DNA from: Acidobacteriota bacterium
GTDB lineage: Bacteria > Acidobacteriota > UBA890 > WLXD01
Direction: 5' to 3'
Length of the DNA stretch: 64,000 nt
NCBI GenBank assembly: GCA_965248695.1
Contig: CBDFKD010000002.1
Location: 2,304,001-2,368,000, forward strand
Below, one piece after another: positions 36,044 to 45,473 of this stretch. The notes under the pieces are model-generated. The model saw only the letters and a list, made by a program, of their open reading frames with translations, was not told the origin of the DNA and did no database searches. The position numbers and the translations under genes were made by a program. Numbering within the stretch: position 1 is the first letter of the stretch; each line of letters opens with the position of its first letter.

Positions 36044-37408
36044 ATGGCCAGCGACACAGACAAGACATGCTGCGGCCCAGGCTATGCCTCGCCGACGGAG
36101 GCAATGCTGGCCCCGCGCGAGCAGCTCCTCTACACGGTGGCGCTCTACATCGGTACCGGCGTCCAGAAGCCGGACTATCTGGCCACCATCGACGCTGACC
36201 CGGCGAGCCCCACCTACAGCCAGGTCATCAGCCGGCTGGAGATGCCGGGCATCGGCGACGAGCTGCATCACATGGGCTGGAACGCCTGCTCCTCGTGCCA
36301 CGGCGACCCCAGCAAGGAGCGTCGCTATCTGATCTTGCCGGGGGTGCGCAGCTCCAACCTGCACATCGTCGATTGCGCCACCGACCCGAGGAACCCCCGC
36401 CTGCACAAGGTGATCGACGGAGGAGAGATCAAGGCGAAGACCGATCTCTCGGCGCCGCACACGGTTCATTGTCTCGGCTCCGACATCATCATCTCGATGC
36501 TCGGCGACGCGAAGGGCGAGGCACCCGGCGGGTTCCTGCACCTGAACGAGCGGTTCGAGATCGTCGGGCGATGGGAGAACGACCTGGGCGGCATGAAGTT
36601 CAACTACGACTTCTGGTACCAGCCGCGCCACAACGTCATGGTCTCTACCGAGTGGGCGGCGCCCAACACGTTCATGCCGGGCTTCGATCTGGAGGAGGTC
36701 GGGCTACTCAAGTACGGCCGCGAGATCCACTTCTGGGACTTCGAGAAGAAGACGGTGGAGAACACCGTCTACCTGGGCGAGGACGGCCTGGTGCCGCTGG
36801 AGGTGCGCTTCCACCACGACCCAGACTCGAGCCACGGTTTCGTCGGCGCGGCGCTGTCGTCGAACGTAATCCACTGGCACAAGAGCGACGGCGAGTGGAT
36901 CGTCGAAAAGATCATCGACGTGGAAAACCAGCGCCATCCCGAATGGCCGATACCGGTGCCGGGTCTGATCAGCGTGATCCTGATCTCGATGGACGACCGG
37001 TTCCTCTACTTCTCCAACTGGCTGCACGGCGACCTGCGCCAGTACGACATCACCGATCCGTCGAATCCCAGGCTTACCGGACAGGTCTGGATGGGCGGCC
37101 TGCTCGGCAAGGCGCCGGAGGTAAACGGTCACCGGATCACCGGCGGCCCGCAGATGATCCAGCTGTCGCTCGACGGCAGGCGCCTCTATGTCACCACTTC
37201 GCTTTTCTCCACCTGGGACAACCAGTTCTACCCGGAGATTCGCTCCAACGGCGGTTGCATGTTGATGGTCGATTGCGACACCGAGGGCGGCGGCATGTCG
37301 ATCAACCCTGACTTCTTCGTCGATTTCGGCAACGAGCCCAACGGTCCGGCACGCTGCCACGAGACGCGCTATCCGGGCGGCGACTGCACCTCGGACATCT
37401 GGCTGTAG
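36044..37408 (+). CDS. Selenium-binding protein SBP56 / SELENBP1-like (candidate methanethiol oxidase)
   Basis: CCGPGYASP, DELHHMGWNACSSC, GGPQMIQLSLDGRRLY, HETRYPGGDCTSDIW. Confidence 0.92.
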   Translation: MASDTDKTCCGPGYASPTEAMLAPREQLLYTVALYIGTGVQKPDYLATIDADPASPTYSQVISRLEMPGIGDELHHMGWNACSSCHGDPSKERRYLILPGVRSSNLHIVDCATDPRNPRLHKVIDGGEIKAKTDLSAPHTVHCLGSDIIISMLGDAKGEAPGGFLHLNERFEIVGRWENDLGGMKFNYDFWYQPRHNVMVSTEWAAPNTFMPGFDLEEVGLLKYGREIHFWDFEKKTVENTVYLGEDGLVPLEVRFHHDPDSSHGFVGAALSSNVIHWHKSDGEWIVEKIIDVENQRHPEWPIPVPGLISVILISMDDRFLYFSNWLHGDLRQYDITDPSNPRLTGQVWMGGLLGKAPEVNGHRITGGPQMIQLSLDGRRLYVTTSLFSTWDNQFYPEIRSNGGCMLMVDCDTEGGGMSINPDFFVDFGNEPNGPARCHETRYPGGDCTSDIWL

Positions 37409-37415
37409 GGCCGCG

Positions 37416-37805
37416 ATGATGTACACCAAGCGCTTCACCGTGACAATCGCTAATCGGGACGGCGCCGCTTTCGAGGTCACTGCCGACGCGCCGCTACTTC
37501 AAACACTCGAGGAGCACGGCCTCTCGCTGCCTTATGGTTGCCGCTACGGCGGCTGCATCTCCTGTGCCGCCAAGCTGCTGGAAGGCAGCGTCGACCAGAG
37601 CGAAGGCCGGGCGCTCAACGGCCGTCAGTTGACGGATGGCTACGTTCTGCTGTGCGTGGCGCGACCCGAGAGCGACTGCACGCTCGACGTGGGTGTCGAT
37701 AGCCACGACAGACTCTATCGAAACCCGTTCCAGAGCCCGCTCAGGCCAGATGAGCTCAAACCCGAGCTTCAGAGCGAACCGCGCCACTTGCAGGATGCGC
37801 CATGA
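37416..37805 (+). CDS. Plant-type 2Fe-2S ferredoxin
   Basis: LPYGCRYGGCISC...LLCVA. Confidence 0.92.
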   Translation: MMYTKRFTVTIANRDGAAFEVTADAPLLQTLEEHGLSLPYGCRYGGCISCAAKLLEGSVDQSEGRALNGRQLTDGYVLLCVARPESDCTLDVGVDSHDRLYRNPFQSPLRPDELKPELQSEPRHLQDAP

Positions 37806-38251
37806 ACCACGACGAAGCCTATCCGTCGGAGTATCTGGCCGGGATTCTCCAGCAGGTGAAGACCATCGCGATGGTTGGCGCCAGCTCCGACCCAACGAAG
37901 TTCAGCTACGGCGTGCTGCGCGTTCTGCACGAGACCGGCTACGACATGGTGCCGGTCAACCCGCGCGAGGCGGGCAACGAGATCCGCGGACTGCCGGTAT
38001 ACGAGTCACTGGCCTCGATCGACCGGCCGGTCGACATGGTGCAGGTATTCCGCACCTCGGATGCGGCCCTCGGCGTCACCGAGGAAGCCATCGAGATCGG
38101 CGCCAAGGTGATCTGGATGCAGATCGGCGTGCGCAACGACGACGCGGCGGCTCTGGCGGAGGCGGCCGGCCTGAAGGTGGTGATGAACCGCTGTCCGAAG
38201 ATCGAGCTGTTCCGTCCCTTCTGGAAACCGCGCCTCAACCAGAAGATCTGA
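37802..38251 (+). CDS. CoA-binding protein (YccU-like)
   Basis: IAMVGAS, PVNP, VDMVQVFR, WMQIG, VVMNRCPKIE. Confidence 0.9.
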   Translation: MNHDEAYPSEYLAGILQQVKTIAMVGASSDPTKFSYGVLRVLHETGYDMVPVNPREAGNEIRGLPVYESLASIDRPVDMVQVFRTSDAALGVTEEAIEIGAKVIWMQIGVRNDDAAALAEAAGLKVVMNRCPKIELFRPFWKPRLNQKI

Positions 38252-38311
38252 GCCAAGCCCCAGGCTCGAGACCTGACGCCCCGCCTCTGGCCAGTGGCCT
38301 GTCACAGGTCG

Positions 38312-38336
38312 CTAGTGGCCTGTCCTAGGCCACTAG
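38312..38336. terminator. 10-bp hairpin between convergent genes
   Basis: CTAGTGGCCT-GTCCT-AGGCCACTAG; no clear U-tract. Confidence 0.4.
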
Positions 38337-39487
38337 TTCGCGAGCAGCAGTCGCCTGCCGACGAGCTTGCTCGTATCAGCGTCGGGCTTGGGAACGAACT
38401 TGTTTACCCAGCCACCGGTGTAGTTGGCGATGTACAGGTTGCCGTCTTCGTCCAGATCGAGCTGATGCGGACGCGACAGACCGCCCGGCCAGGTCGCCTG
38501 GCCAAGCGCGGCAGCCTGGCCGTAGGTGCCCCAGTGGTACTGGAGCACGCCGTCACGGTCGTACTGGAGGATCCGGTTCAAGCTCGCGTCGATCACCCAT
38601 ACGGAGCCGTCTTCATCGATCCAGATGTTGACCGGGTCGAAGATGCCCGGCCACTCCTCGATGAACTCGCCCTCGTGAGTGAAGATCTGGATGCGGTGGT
38701 TCTGCCGGTCGCCAACGTAAACGCGGTCCTCATCGACGGCGAGACCGTGGAGAAGGTCGAACTCCCCGGGGCCGTCTCCCAGGCCTCCCCACTGCAACAC
38801 GCGCTCGCCGGCCTCGGTGTACTTGACGATGCGTGAGTTCCAGTACCCGTCGGCCAGCATGAAGCTCCCATCGGGAAGGAAGGCGAGCTTCGACGGCCAT
38901 CCGTAGGTATGCGGACCCCAGTCGAACCGGGCGCGAGCCTCCTCTTCGGTCTTGGGATGATCGCGCTCGCCGAGCTGCATCACCAGCTCGCTGCCGTCAT
39001 TGGAGAACTTCAGGACCTGGTGGTGGCCCTCGCCGCCGCCGCTGTCGATGACCCAGATGTGCCGTTCCGGATCGTAGGGGTTGATGTAGACCTGATGCGG
39101 CAACGTCAGGATCGAGTCCCACTGGCTCCACTGCTCCACGATGTTGCCGTTGCCATCGGCGACGACGATGAAGTTCGTGCGGCGGAGTCGATCATCCCTG
39201 GGCTGACTGCGATCCGCTGGCCAGTCGCCGCGCGTGACCACGATGATGCGGTCGGAGTGGTCCACGGCGACCCCGCACACCTGACCCCACGACCACTCGT
39301 CGTCATGGTCGGGCGCCTGCTTCCACCAGCCTTCGACGACGTCGTAGGGACCCGTCCTGTCGTCACCGCCCTTGATGATCGAGCCTTCGGAGGCCGGAGC
39401 CGGCTCCGCTTGGTCGTCGCCCGCGCAAGCCGACAAGACCAGGACGAAGCCACACGCAACGACGAGCGCGACGGATCGACACCTCAC
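38333..39487 (-). CDS. NHL-repeat beta-propeller lipoprotein (PAL-like)
   Basis: LSAC lipobox; ADGYWNSRI, GPGEFDLLHGLA, DRQNHRIQIF. Confidence 0.85.
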   Translation of the reverse strand: MRCRSVALVVACGFVLVLSACAGDDQAEPAPASEGSIIKGGDDRTGPYDVVEGWWKQAPDHDDEWSWGQVCGVAVDHSDRIIVVTRGDWPADRSQPRDDRLRRTNFIVVADGNGNIVEQWSQWDSILTLPHQVYINPYDPERHIWVIDSGGGEGHHQVLKFSNDGSELVMQLGERDHPKTEEEARARFDWGPHTYGWPSKLAFLPDGSFMLADGYWNSRIVKYTEAGERVLQWGGLGDGPGEFDLLHGLAVDEDRVYVGDRQNHRIQIFTHEGEFIEEWPGIFDPVNIWIDEDGSVWVIDASLNRILQYDRDGVLQYHWGTYGQAAALGQATWPGGLSRPHQLDLDEDGNLYIANYTGGWVNKFVPKPDADTSKLVGRRLLLAN

Positions 39488-41475
39488 CGTCGTTTCGGCT
39501 TCTCCGACGGCCCCGACGAACTACCGTCATCGGTCGCCGCCCATGGGTCGTTGACGCCCGCATCATCGCAGGCGTGCCCCGTGCCGCGGAAATGCGTGTG
39601 GAGGCACTCCAGCGTGGCGCCCAGGCTCGTAAGCAACTCGACCGTCTCGGGGTACGCCGCGCGCTTGAAGAAACCGGCCTGTCCGCCGCGTGCCATGTCG
39701 GCGGTCGACTGGCCCAGCCGCGTCATCGCGGTCACGTCGGCGCCCTGCGACACCAGGTACTCGATGAGCTCGTTGTCACCGCGCGACGCGGCGTAGTGAA
39801 GCGGCGTGTAGAGCCAGGAGTCGGGTAGGTTCACGTCGGCGCCGTGCTCGTCGACAAGATACTTCACCGTCTGAGTGAACTGATCCGGCCTACTCTGCAC
39901 GCTGAAGGCGCCGAGCCCGAGGTACCCGCCGCCCGCAGCGGCGTGGATCGGGTAGACGTTGGGTGCACCCTGCGGGATCTTGGGCAGCCCCGAATCTTCC
40001 CGTAGGCGCCCGTCCTGTTGCCGTCCCTGGCGCATCCCGACTTCCGGCCACGCCGTCGGAAGGTCCGGGTCTGCGCCGTGCGCCACCAGCAACTCCATGG
40101 CCTCGATGTCCTGGGCGAAGGCGGCGCGCCAGAACGGCGTCGCGCCGGTCAAATCGAGCCCCATCTTCATCAGCCCGTATTCCCAGTACCACATGTGGGT
40201 CCTCAGCCCGACGTCGGGATCGGCGCCGGCCACGAGCAAGGCTTCGAGCACCTCGATGTGCTGCGCTCGCTGCTCGTCCTGCGCCCGTGGCTGCGGATAG
40301 GTAGTTTTCGGGGCCCACTGCGTCTGCAGGACGGCGAACAGGGGAGTGATTCCATCCGTTGCGGTGGCGAAGTCGGGATCGGCGCCCGCCTCCAGCAGAA
40401 GCAGGGCCAGGTCGAAGTGTCCGTTGAACGTCGCGATGAGCAGCGGGCTGCTTTGGTCTCCGGCGCTCACCTGGTCGACGTCGGCACCACCTTCGAGGAG
40501 CGCGACGGCAGCCTCGGTATTGCCTTCCCGGGCTGCGTGCAGCAGCGCCGTCATGCCCCCGGTCTTTCCGACCAGAGTCTCGCGCCAGGGCGGCCGCGCG
40601 ACGTCCGGGCCACCTGTATAGTCGGGGCGTACGCGCGCCAGCGTATACGGATCGACGTCTCCGACGTCGTGACCAGACCGCAGAAACTCCCGTTGGGCGC
40701 GGACGGCTGCCTGGATCTCGGCAGCGCTCGGCGGCTCGATCTCGGTCGGCACGCCTTCGCATGCTGCTATGGGCACCTGTGAGTCACATTCTTCACGGAG
40801 CGCCTCGGCCTCTGGCGTTATGCCCAGCATCTCCTTGTAACGCCGCGTGGCCTCACGATCCAGGGTGACGCTGGCCAGAACGTCGACCACCTGTGTTCTG
40901 ATCCCCGGGTCCGCGCCGCCCTGGAGGAGTGTTTCGACCGCCGCCACTCGATTCGAGCCGGCGGCAAAAATCAATGGCGTCTGGCCGGCCGACGACTCCA
41001 GCGCGTTCGGGTCGGCGCCGTGAGACAGGAGCGCGGCGACGGCGTCCTCGCCCCCGATCGCCACGGCGGCGAGGTGCAGGGGCGTCACGCCGCTGCTGGC
41101 CGTCACGGCATCGGGATCGCTTCCGGCCTCGAGCAGCAGCCGGGCCAGCGCGCCGTGCCCGCCGCGCGCCGCCAGGTGCAGCGGCATGTAGCTGCCGATG
41201 CGCGTCCTGGCGCCGACGTCGGCAGACGCGGCGATCAGCTGTTCGGCCACGGCTGCCAGACCACTCTCGGCAGCCCAGTGCAGGGCGGTCATGCCGTCAC
41301 CCTGCGCTGCGTTCACGTCGCTGCCGCCCTCCAGGAGCGCGCGAACTGTCGCCACGTCACCCTGCCGTACCGCGTCGATCAAGGGTGCTTTTGGCGGGAC
41401 GGCAGCGCCGTAGAGGAGCGCCACCAAACCGAGCACGACGAGTTGCCTCGCAGCAGTGAGCCGACGCTCTCTCAT
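39484..41475 (-). CDS. Exported ankyrin-repeat protein
   Basis: Multiple GxTALHxAA / GxTPLxxAA repeats. Confidence 0.9.
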   Translation of the reverse strand: MRERRLTAARQLVVLGLVALLYGAAVPPKAPLIDAVRQGDVATVRALLEGGSDVNAAQGDGMTALHWAAESGLAAVAEQLIAASADVGARTRIGSYMPLHLAARGGHGALARLLLEAGSDPDAVTASSGVTPLHLAAVAIGGEDAVAALLSHGADPNALESSAGQTPLIFAAGSNRVAAVETLLQGGADPGIRTQVVDVLASVTLDREATRRYKEMLGITPEAEALREECDSQVPIAACEGVPTEIEPPSAAEIQAAVRAQREFLRSGHDVGDVDPYTLARVRPDYTGGPDVARPPWRETLVGKTGGMTALLHAAREGNTEAAVALLEGGADVDQVSAGDQSSPLLIATFNGHFDLALLLLEAGADPDFATATDGITPLFAVLQTQWAPKTTYPQPRAQDEQRAQHIEVLEALLVAGADPDVGLRTHMWYWEYGLMKMGLDLTGATPFWRAAFAQDIEAMELLVAHGADPDLPTAWPEVGMRQGRQQDGRLREDSGLPKIPQGAPNVYPIHAAAGGGYLGLGAFSVQSRPDQFTQTVKYLVDEHGADVNLPDSWLYTPLHYAASRGDNELIEYLVSQGADVTAMTRLGQSTADMARGGQAGFFKRAAYPETVELLTSLGATLECLHTHFRGTGHACDDAGVNDPWAATDDGSSSGPSEKPKRR

Positions 41476-42893
41476 CGGGTTGCCTCCCCGTTCGAGGGGG
41501 CGGCGCCTTGCTGGTAGTCCAAGGACAGCGCCCCGCTGCTGTCGCCGAACGCCTGCATGTCCTCGTGGCCAATCTTGTGCATCAGGCTCAGGAAGGCATT
41601 CGCCATCGGCGTTCCCTCCGGAGCCTCCACATGCAGGCCACCTTCGAGGGCGCCGTTGGCGCCTCCGAGGATCAACAGCGGAGCCCGACGGTGGTTGTGG
41701 AGGTTGGGATCGGCCATCGGCGACCCCCAGACGATCGCCGTCTTGTCGAGCAGCGACGCCCCGCCTTCGGTCGTGTCCCGCATCTTCTCCAGGAAGTACG
41801 CGAGTTGCCCGAGGCGGTAGGTGTTGATTTGGTGAAAGTTCGTGAGGTTCGCTTCGACGTTGCCGTGGTGCGAGAGCGAATGGATCGACTTCGGGACCCC
41901 GCTCTGCGGGAACGTGCGATTCGATAGATCAAGCCCGGTCTTGAACGTGATGACGCGGGTGAGATCCGTTCGCAGTGCCAGCACCTGCAGATCGAACATC
42001 AGCTGCATGTGCTCGTCGAACGAGTCCGGAATCCCGGTGGGCGCCTCGGGCATTTCCCGCAACTCGCCGCTCGTATTGCGCGCCTCCACCAGCTGAATTC
42101 GCCGCTCGATCTCGCGAATATGCTCCACGTACTCGTCCAGGGCGACGCGATCCACGGCGCCCAGGCTGCGCTTGAGCCGCGCCACCTCGGTGGTGATCCA
42201 GTCGATCAGGCTCCGATCCGTGCGGCGACGAGCGGCGCGATCCTCCGGAGTATCCCCGGCACCAAACAATCGTTCGAATGCCACCCGCGGCTCGCGAATC
42301 GCCGGCAACGGCTGGTTGGGGGAGGTCCAGGCGAGCGAGTGGGTGTAGGCGCAGTGGTAGTTGTATTCGCAACCGCCACCGCGGTCGATCTCTTCGATAC
42401 ACAGCTCCAGCGACGGCAGCACGGTGTCGCGCCCGAAGCGCTGGGCGTGGAGCTGGTCGAGCGAGGTTCCGAGGTAGATGTCCGAGCCCTGCGTCTGCTT
42501 CGGGTGCGCCTGCGTAAGGAACACGGCCGTCGAGCGGTCATGATCGCCGCCAATCTCCTCCGCACGCCACGGCTCGGCCGCCCGAACGTCCGTGTTGCTG
42601 ACGATCGTCATGGAGTCGCGGAAGTCAGCAAGCGGCGCGAGCTGGCTGCCGGCGCTGATCTCGAAGCCACGACCGACTTGAGCCGGGGCGAACAGGTGCC
42701 GGGCGGCGCCCCAATCGCTGCAACCGGCGGCGCCCATCGATTCCTCGATGCACACCAGCCGGGTGAAGGGAGTGTCGCCTCGCCAGCTCCGTCCCGCTGG
42801 GACCATGGCGTCGAGGAACGGCAGCGCCACGCTGGCGCCTGTGCCGCGCATGAACGTGCGACGCGAGAGGTGCTTCCCGGTGATGTATTCCAT
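41472..42893 (-). CDS. DUF1552 family protein (Tat signal)
   Basis: HLSRRTFMRG, LPFLDAMVPA, LPSLEL, HSLSHH, NLHNH. Confidence 0.88.
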   Translation of the reverse strand: MEYITGKHLSRRTFMRGTGASVALPFLDAMVPAGRSWRGDTPFTRLVCIEESMGAAGCSDWGAARHLFAPAQVGRGFEISAGSQLAPLADFRDSMTIVSNTDVRAAEPWRAEEIGGDHDRSTAVFLTQAHPKQTQGSDIYLGTSLDQLHAQRFGRDTVLPSLELCIEEIDRGGGCEYNYHCAYTHSLAWTSPNQPLPAIREPRVAFERLFGAGDTPEDRAARRRTDRSLIDWITTEVARLKRSLGAVDRVALDEYVEHIREIERRIQLVEARNTSGELREMPEAPTGIPDSFDEHMQLMFDLQVLALRTDLTRVITFKTGLDLSNRTFPQSGVPKSIHSLSHHGNVEANLTNFHQINTYRLGQLAYFLEKMRDTTEGGASLLDKTAIVWGSPMADPNLHNHRRAPLLILGGANGALEGGLHVEAPEGTPMANAFLSLMHKIGHEDMQAFGDSSGALSLDYQQGAAPSNGEATR

Positions 42894-42927
42894 GGCGTTC
42901 GATGTCCTGGTAGTCAGGCGTTCAGTT

Positions 42928-45360
42928 TCAAGGCTCTGTTTGCTGCTCTACAACCGCGCCGGAGCGCATCATCTGGAAGGGGACGCTGTTGACGACCCCC
43001 AGGATGAACGACGTCATGCGGTAATCGTTCGCCTCCGCGTCGCGCACTAGGGCCCTGATCGCCGGCTGGTCGTAGTACTCGACTCGCCGGCCGATGGCGT
43101 ACGCGAGCATGTTCTCGGCGAAGTTCCGCACCAGCGGAATCGGGCGTTTCATCAGCACATCCAGGAGCTCGGCCGCCGTGCTCACCTCCGTCCCGTCGTA
43201 GAACGTGCCGCGCGTGTCCAACGGCGCGCCGTTCTCGCGAGTTCGCAACCGCCCCGTCACGTCGTAACTGTCGAGGGCCAGGCCGATCGGGTCCATGAAC
43301 CGATGGCAGGAGTTGCAGGTCGGGTTAGCGGCATGGATCTCGAGCCGCTCGCGGGTCGTCAGCTGACGCCCGGCGGCGGCGGCCTTGGTGTCCTCGAACG
43401 CAGGGATGTCCGGGGGCGGGGGCGGCGGCGGGCTCCCCATCAGCACGTCCATCACCCACTTGCCACGCAGAGTGGGAGAGGTGCGCTCCGACATCGACGT
43501 CAGCAACAGGACGCTTCCGTGGCCCAGAACACCGCGTCGCGATTCGTCCGGGTAGTCGACGCGGCGGAACTCGTTGCCGGACACAGCGGGGATCCCGTAG
43601 TGAACAGCCAAGCGCTCGTTGAGAAACGAATAGTCTGCGGTCAGGAACTCCAAGAGGCTGCGATCCTGGCGCACGAGGTGCATGAACAGCAGCTGGGTCT
43701 CCCGCACGAGGTCGTCACGCAACTGTCCGGTGAAGTCGGGGTACAGGAAAGTTTCCGGCTTGTTGTCCTCGACGTCTTGTAGGCGCAGCCACTGCGAGGC
43801 GAAACGCGTCGCGAGTCCCTCGGAGCGGGGATCCTCTAGCATCCGGGCCACCTGCCGCGCCAGGACACGCGGTTCCGACAGCTGCCCGCTCGCCGCCACC
43901 TCGAGCAACTCCTGGTCCGGGCTCGTGGCCCAAAGGAAGAACGACAGGCGAGATGCCAGGTTGACGTCGCTCAACCGATAGCTCTCGCCGGGACGGATAT
44001 CGGCAGGCTCGCTCTCGAGCCGGAAGATGAACGACGGGCTCGCCAGGACCGCCTGCAACGCGGTTCGTATCCCCGTCTCGAACCCCGCCTCGGCGGCGGC
44101 GCGATCGTAGAACGACATCGGCCCAGCGAGGTCTTCGGCCGTCGGCGGCCGGCGATAGGCTTGCAGGATCAGGCGGGAGACGATCGACTCGGCGCACGCC
44201 CGTTCATGCTCGGCGGCCGACGGATGACAGCTGAAGACCTTCTGCCTGCTGGCGGTCTCGGAGACGCCGTCAGCCCGCACCGGACCGGTGACCATGAAGT
44301 TCTTGAGGTGCGGCAGCACCGTTATGCCGTAGTTGGCCCACCCCGCATCGTCTTCGCCGCCGGCGAAGGACCATTCGTGTGGGCTCAGTCGATCCTCGTA
44401 GGGTCCGTCGATCCTGCGAACGAACGCCGACGCGATCCGGTGCTGCCCAGCAGCGACGAAGACAGGCTCGGTGCTGATCACGTCGTCCACAGGGGCGCCA
44501 TGGGGTAGCTCGATGAGCGCCACTGCTTCGCCGTCGATCGAGATGTCGAGGTCCTCGAACCCGGTCCCGCTTCCGAACTGAGTCTCGATCGAAAACACGT
44601 ACTCCCCGTCGGTGGGAAAGTCGTGGGTAACCACCATTCCGCCCCGCGTTCCGTACGGCGTCCCCTCGATGTGATCCCAGGCGTGCTGCGATACCTCGAT
44701 CGGGTTGGTGTACTTCGTGCTGCTGGAAACCGCCTCAGCGTTGCCGACGGCCAGGCGGCTGACGTCGGTCGCGGCCCTCAGGTAGGCCTCGAGCAAGGTG
44801 GTCGAAAGCCCCTGCGCGTCGGACATGTTGTCGAAGTTGCCCAGGTAGGTGTCGCCGGGGAGCCAGCGGCTGGCATCCACCTCGAGGGCGAGCAGATCGA
44901 GAATCACCCTTTCGTACTCGGCCCGATTGAGCCGCTGGAATCGACGTGCACCGGGATTCGGCTTTCCCACGGCCGCCGTATCGACCACCGTCTCCAGCGT
45001 CTCGACGAGCGTCAGAAGCGTGTCCGCATCCGGGCGGCGGTTGCCGGGTGGAGGCATCATGCCGGCACGGAGCTTGACGATCATCCTCTCGGCGACAGCG
45101 GCCTGCTCGTGCGCGGCGGCAGCGTCGAACGTCTCGAGCGAGAGGTTGCCCCGCAGTATCTGGTCGTTGTGGCAGCGCACGCAGTACTGCCGGATGACCG
45201 GATTCAGCTCCTCTGGGGGTGTCGGTGACGGCCCGGCGGCCCAAGATGCAACCGCGGTCGCGGTTGCATCCGGCCAGCTGGTCGCACCAATCGCTGCCGG
45301 CTGACTTCCAGCAGCAAGCCAAACCACAACGATCCCGGCACCTGCAGCGATTGTCTTCAT
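42928..45360 (-). CDS. DUF1592/1588/1587/1595/1585 multidomain c-type cytochrome
   Basis: CVRCH and CNSCH; RLNRAEY, LASRLSFFLW, RTSPTLRGKW. Confidence 0.9.
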   Translation of the reverse strand: MKTIAAGAGIVVVWLAAGSQPAAIGATSWPDATATAVASWAAGPSPTPPEELNPVIRQYCVRCHNDQILRGNLSLETFDAAAAHEQAAVAERMIVKLRAGMMPPPGNRRPDADTLLTLVETLETVVDTAAVGKPNPGARRFQRLNRAEYERVILDLLALEVDASRWLPGDTYLGNFDNMSDAQGLSTTLLEAYLRAATDVSRLAVGNAEAVSSSTKYTNPIEVSQHAWDHIEGTPYGTRGGMVVTHDFPTDGEYVFSIETQFGSGTGFEDLDISIDGEAVALIELPHGAPVDDVISTEPVFVAAGQHRIASAFVRRIDGPYEDRLSPHEWSFAGGEDDAGWANYGITVLPHLKNFMVTGPVRADGVSETASRQKVFSCHPSAAEHERACAESIVSRLILQAYRRPPTAEDLAGPMSFYDRAAAEAGFETGIRTALQAVLASPSFIFRLESEPADIRPGESYRLSDVNLASRLSFFLWATSPDQELLEVAASGQLSEPRVLARQVARMLEDPRSEGLATRFASQWLRLQDVEDNKPETFLYPDFTGQLRDDLVRETQLLFMHLVRQDRSLLEFLTADYSFLNERLAVHYGIPAVSGNEFRRVDYPDESRRGVLGHGSVLLLTSMSERTSPTLRGKWVMDVLMGSPPPPPPPDIPAFEDTKAAAAGRQLTTRERLEIHAANPTCNSCHRFMDPIGLALDSYDVTGRLRTRENGAPLDTRGTFYDGTEVSTAAELLDVLMKRPIPLVRNFAENMLAYAIGRRVEYYDQPAIRALVRDAEANDYRMTSFILGVVNSVPFQMMRSGAVVEQQTEP

Positions 45361-45473
45361 ACGACTTCCTTCAAGCTACTTGCTGGCGCAGTTATAGCAT
45401 GGTACGCGTTCAGATCCGCGGGGCGGCGACGGCTCGCCGATCCCACTCCGATCCCGTTCGCACGAGGACCCGC

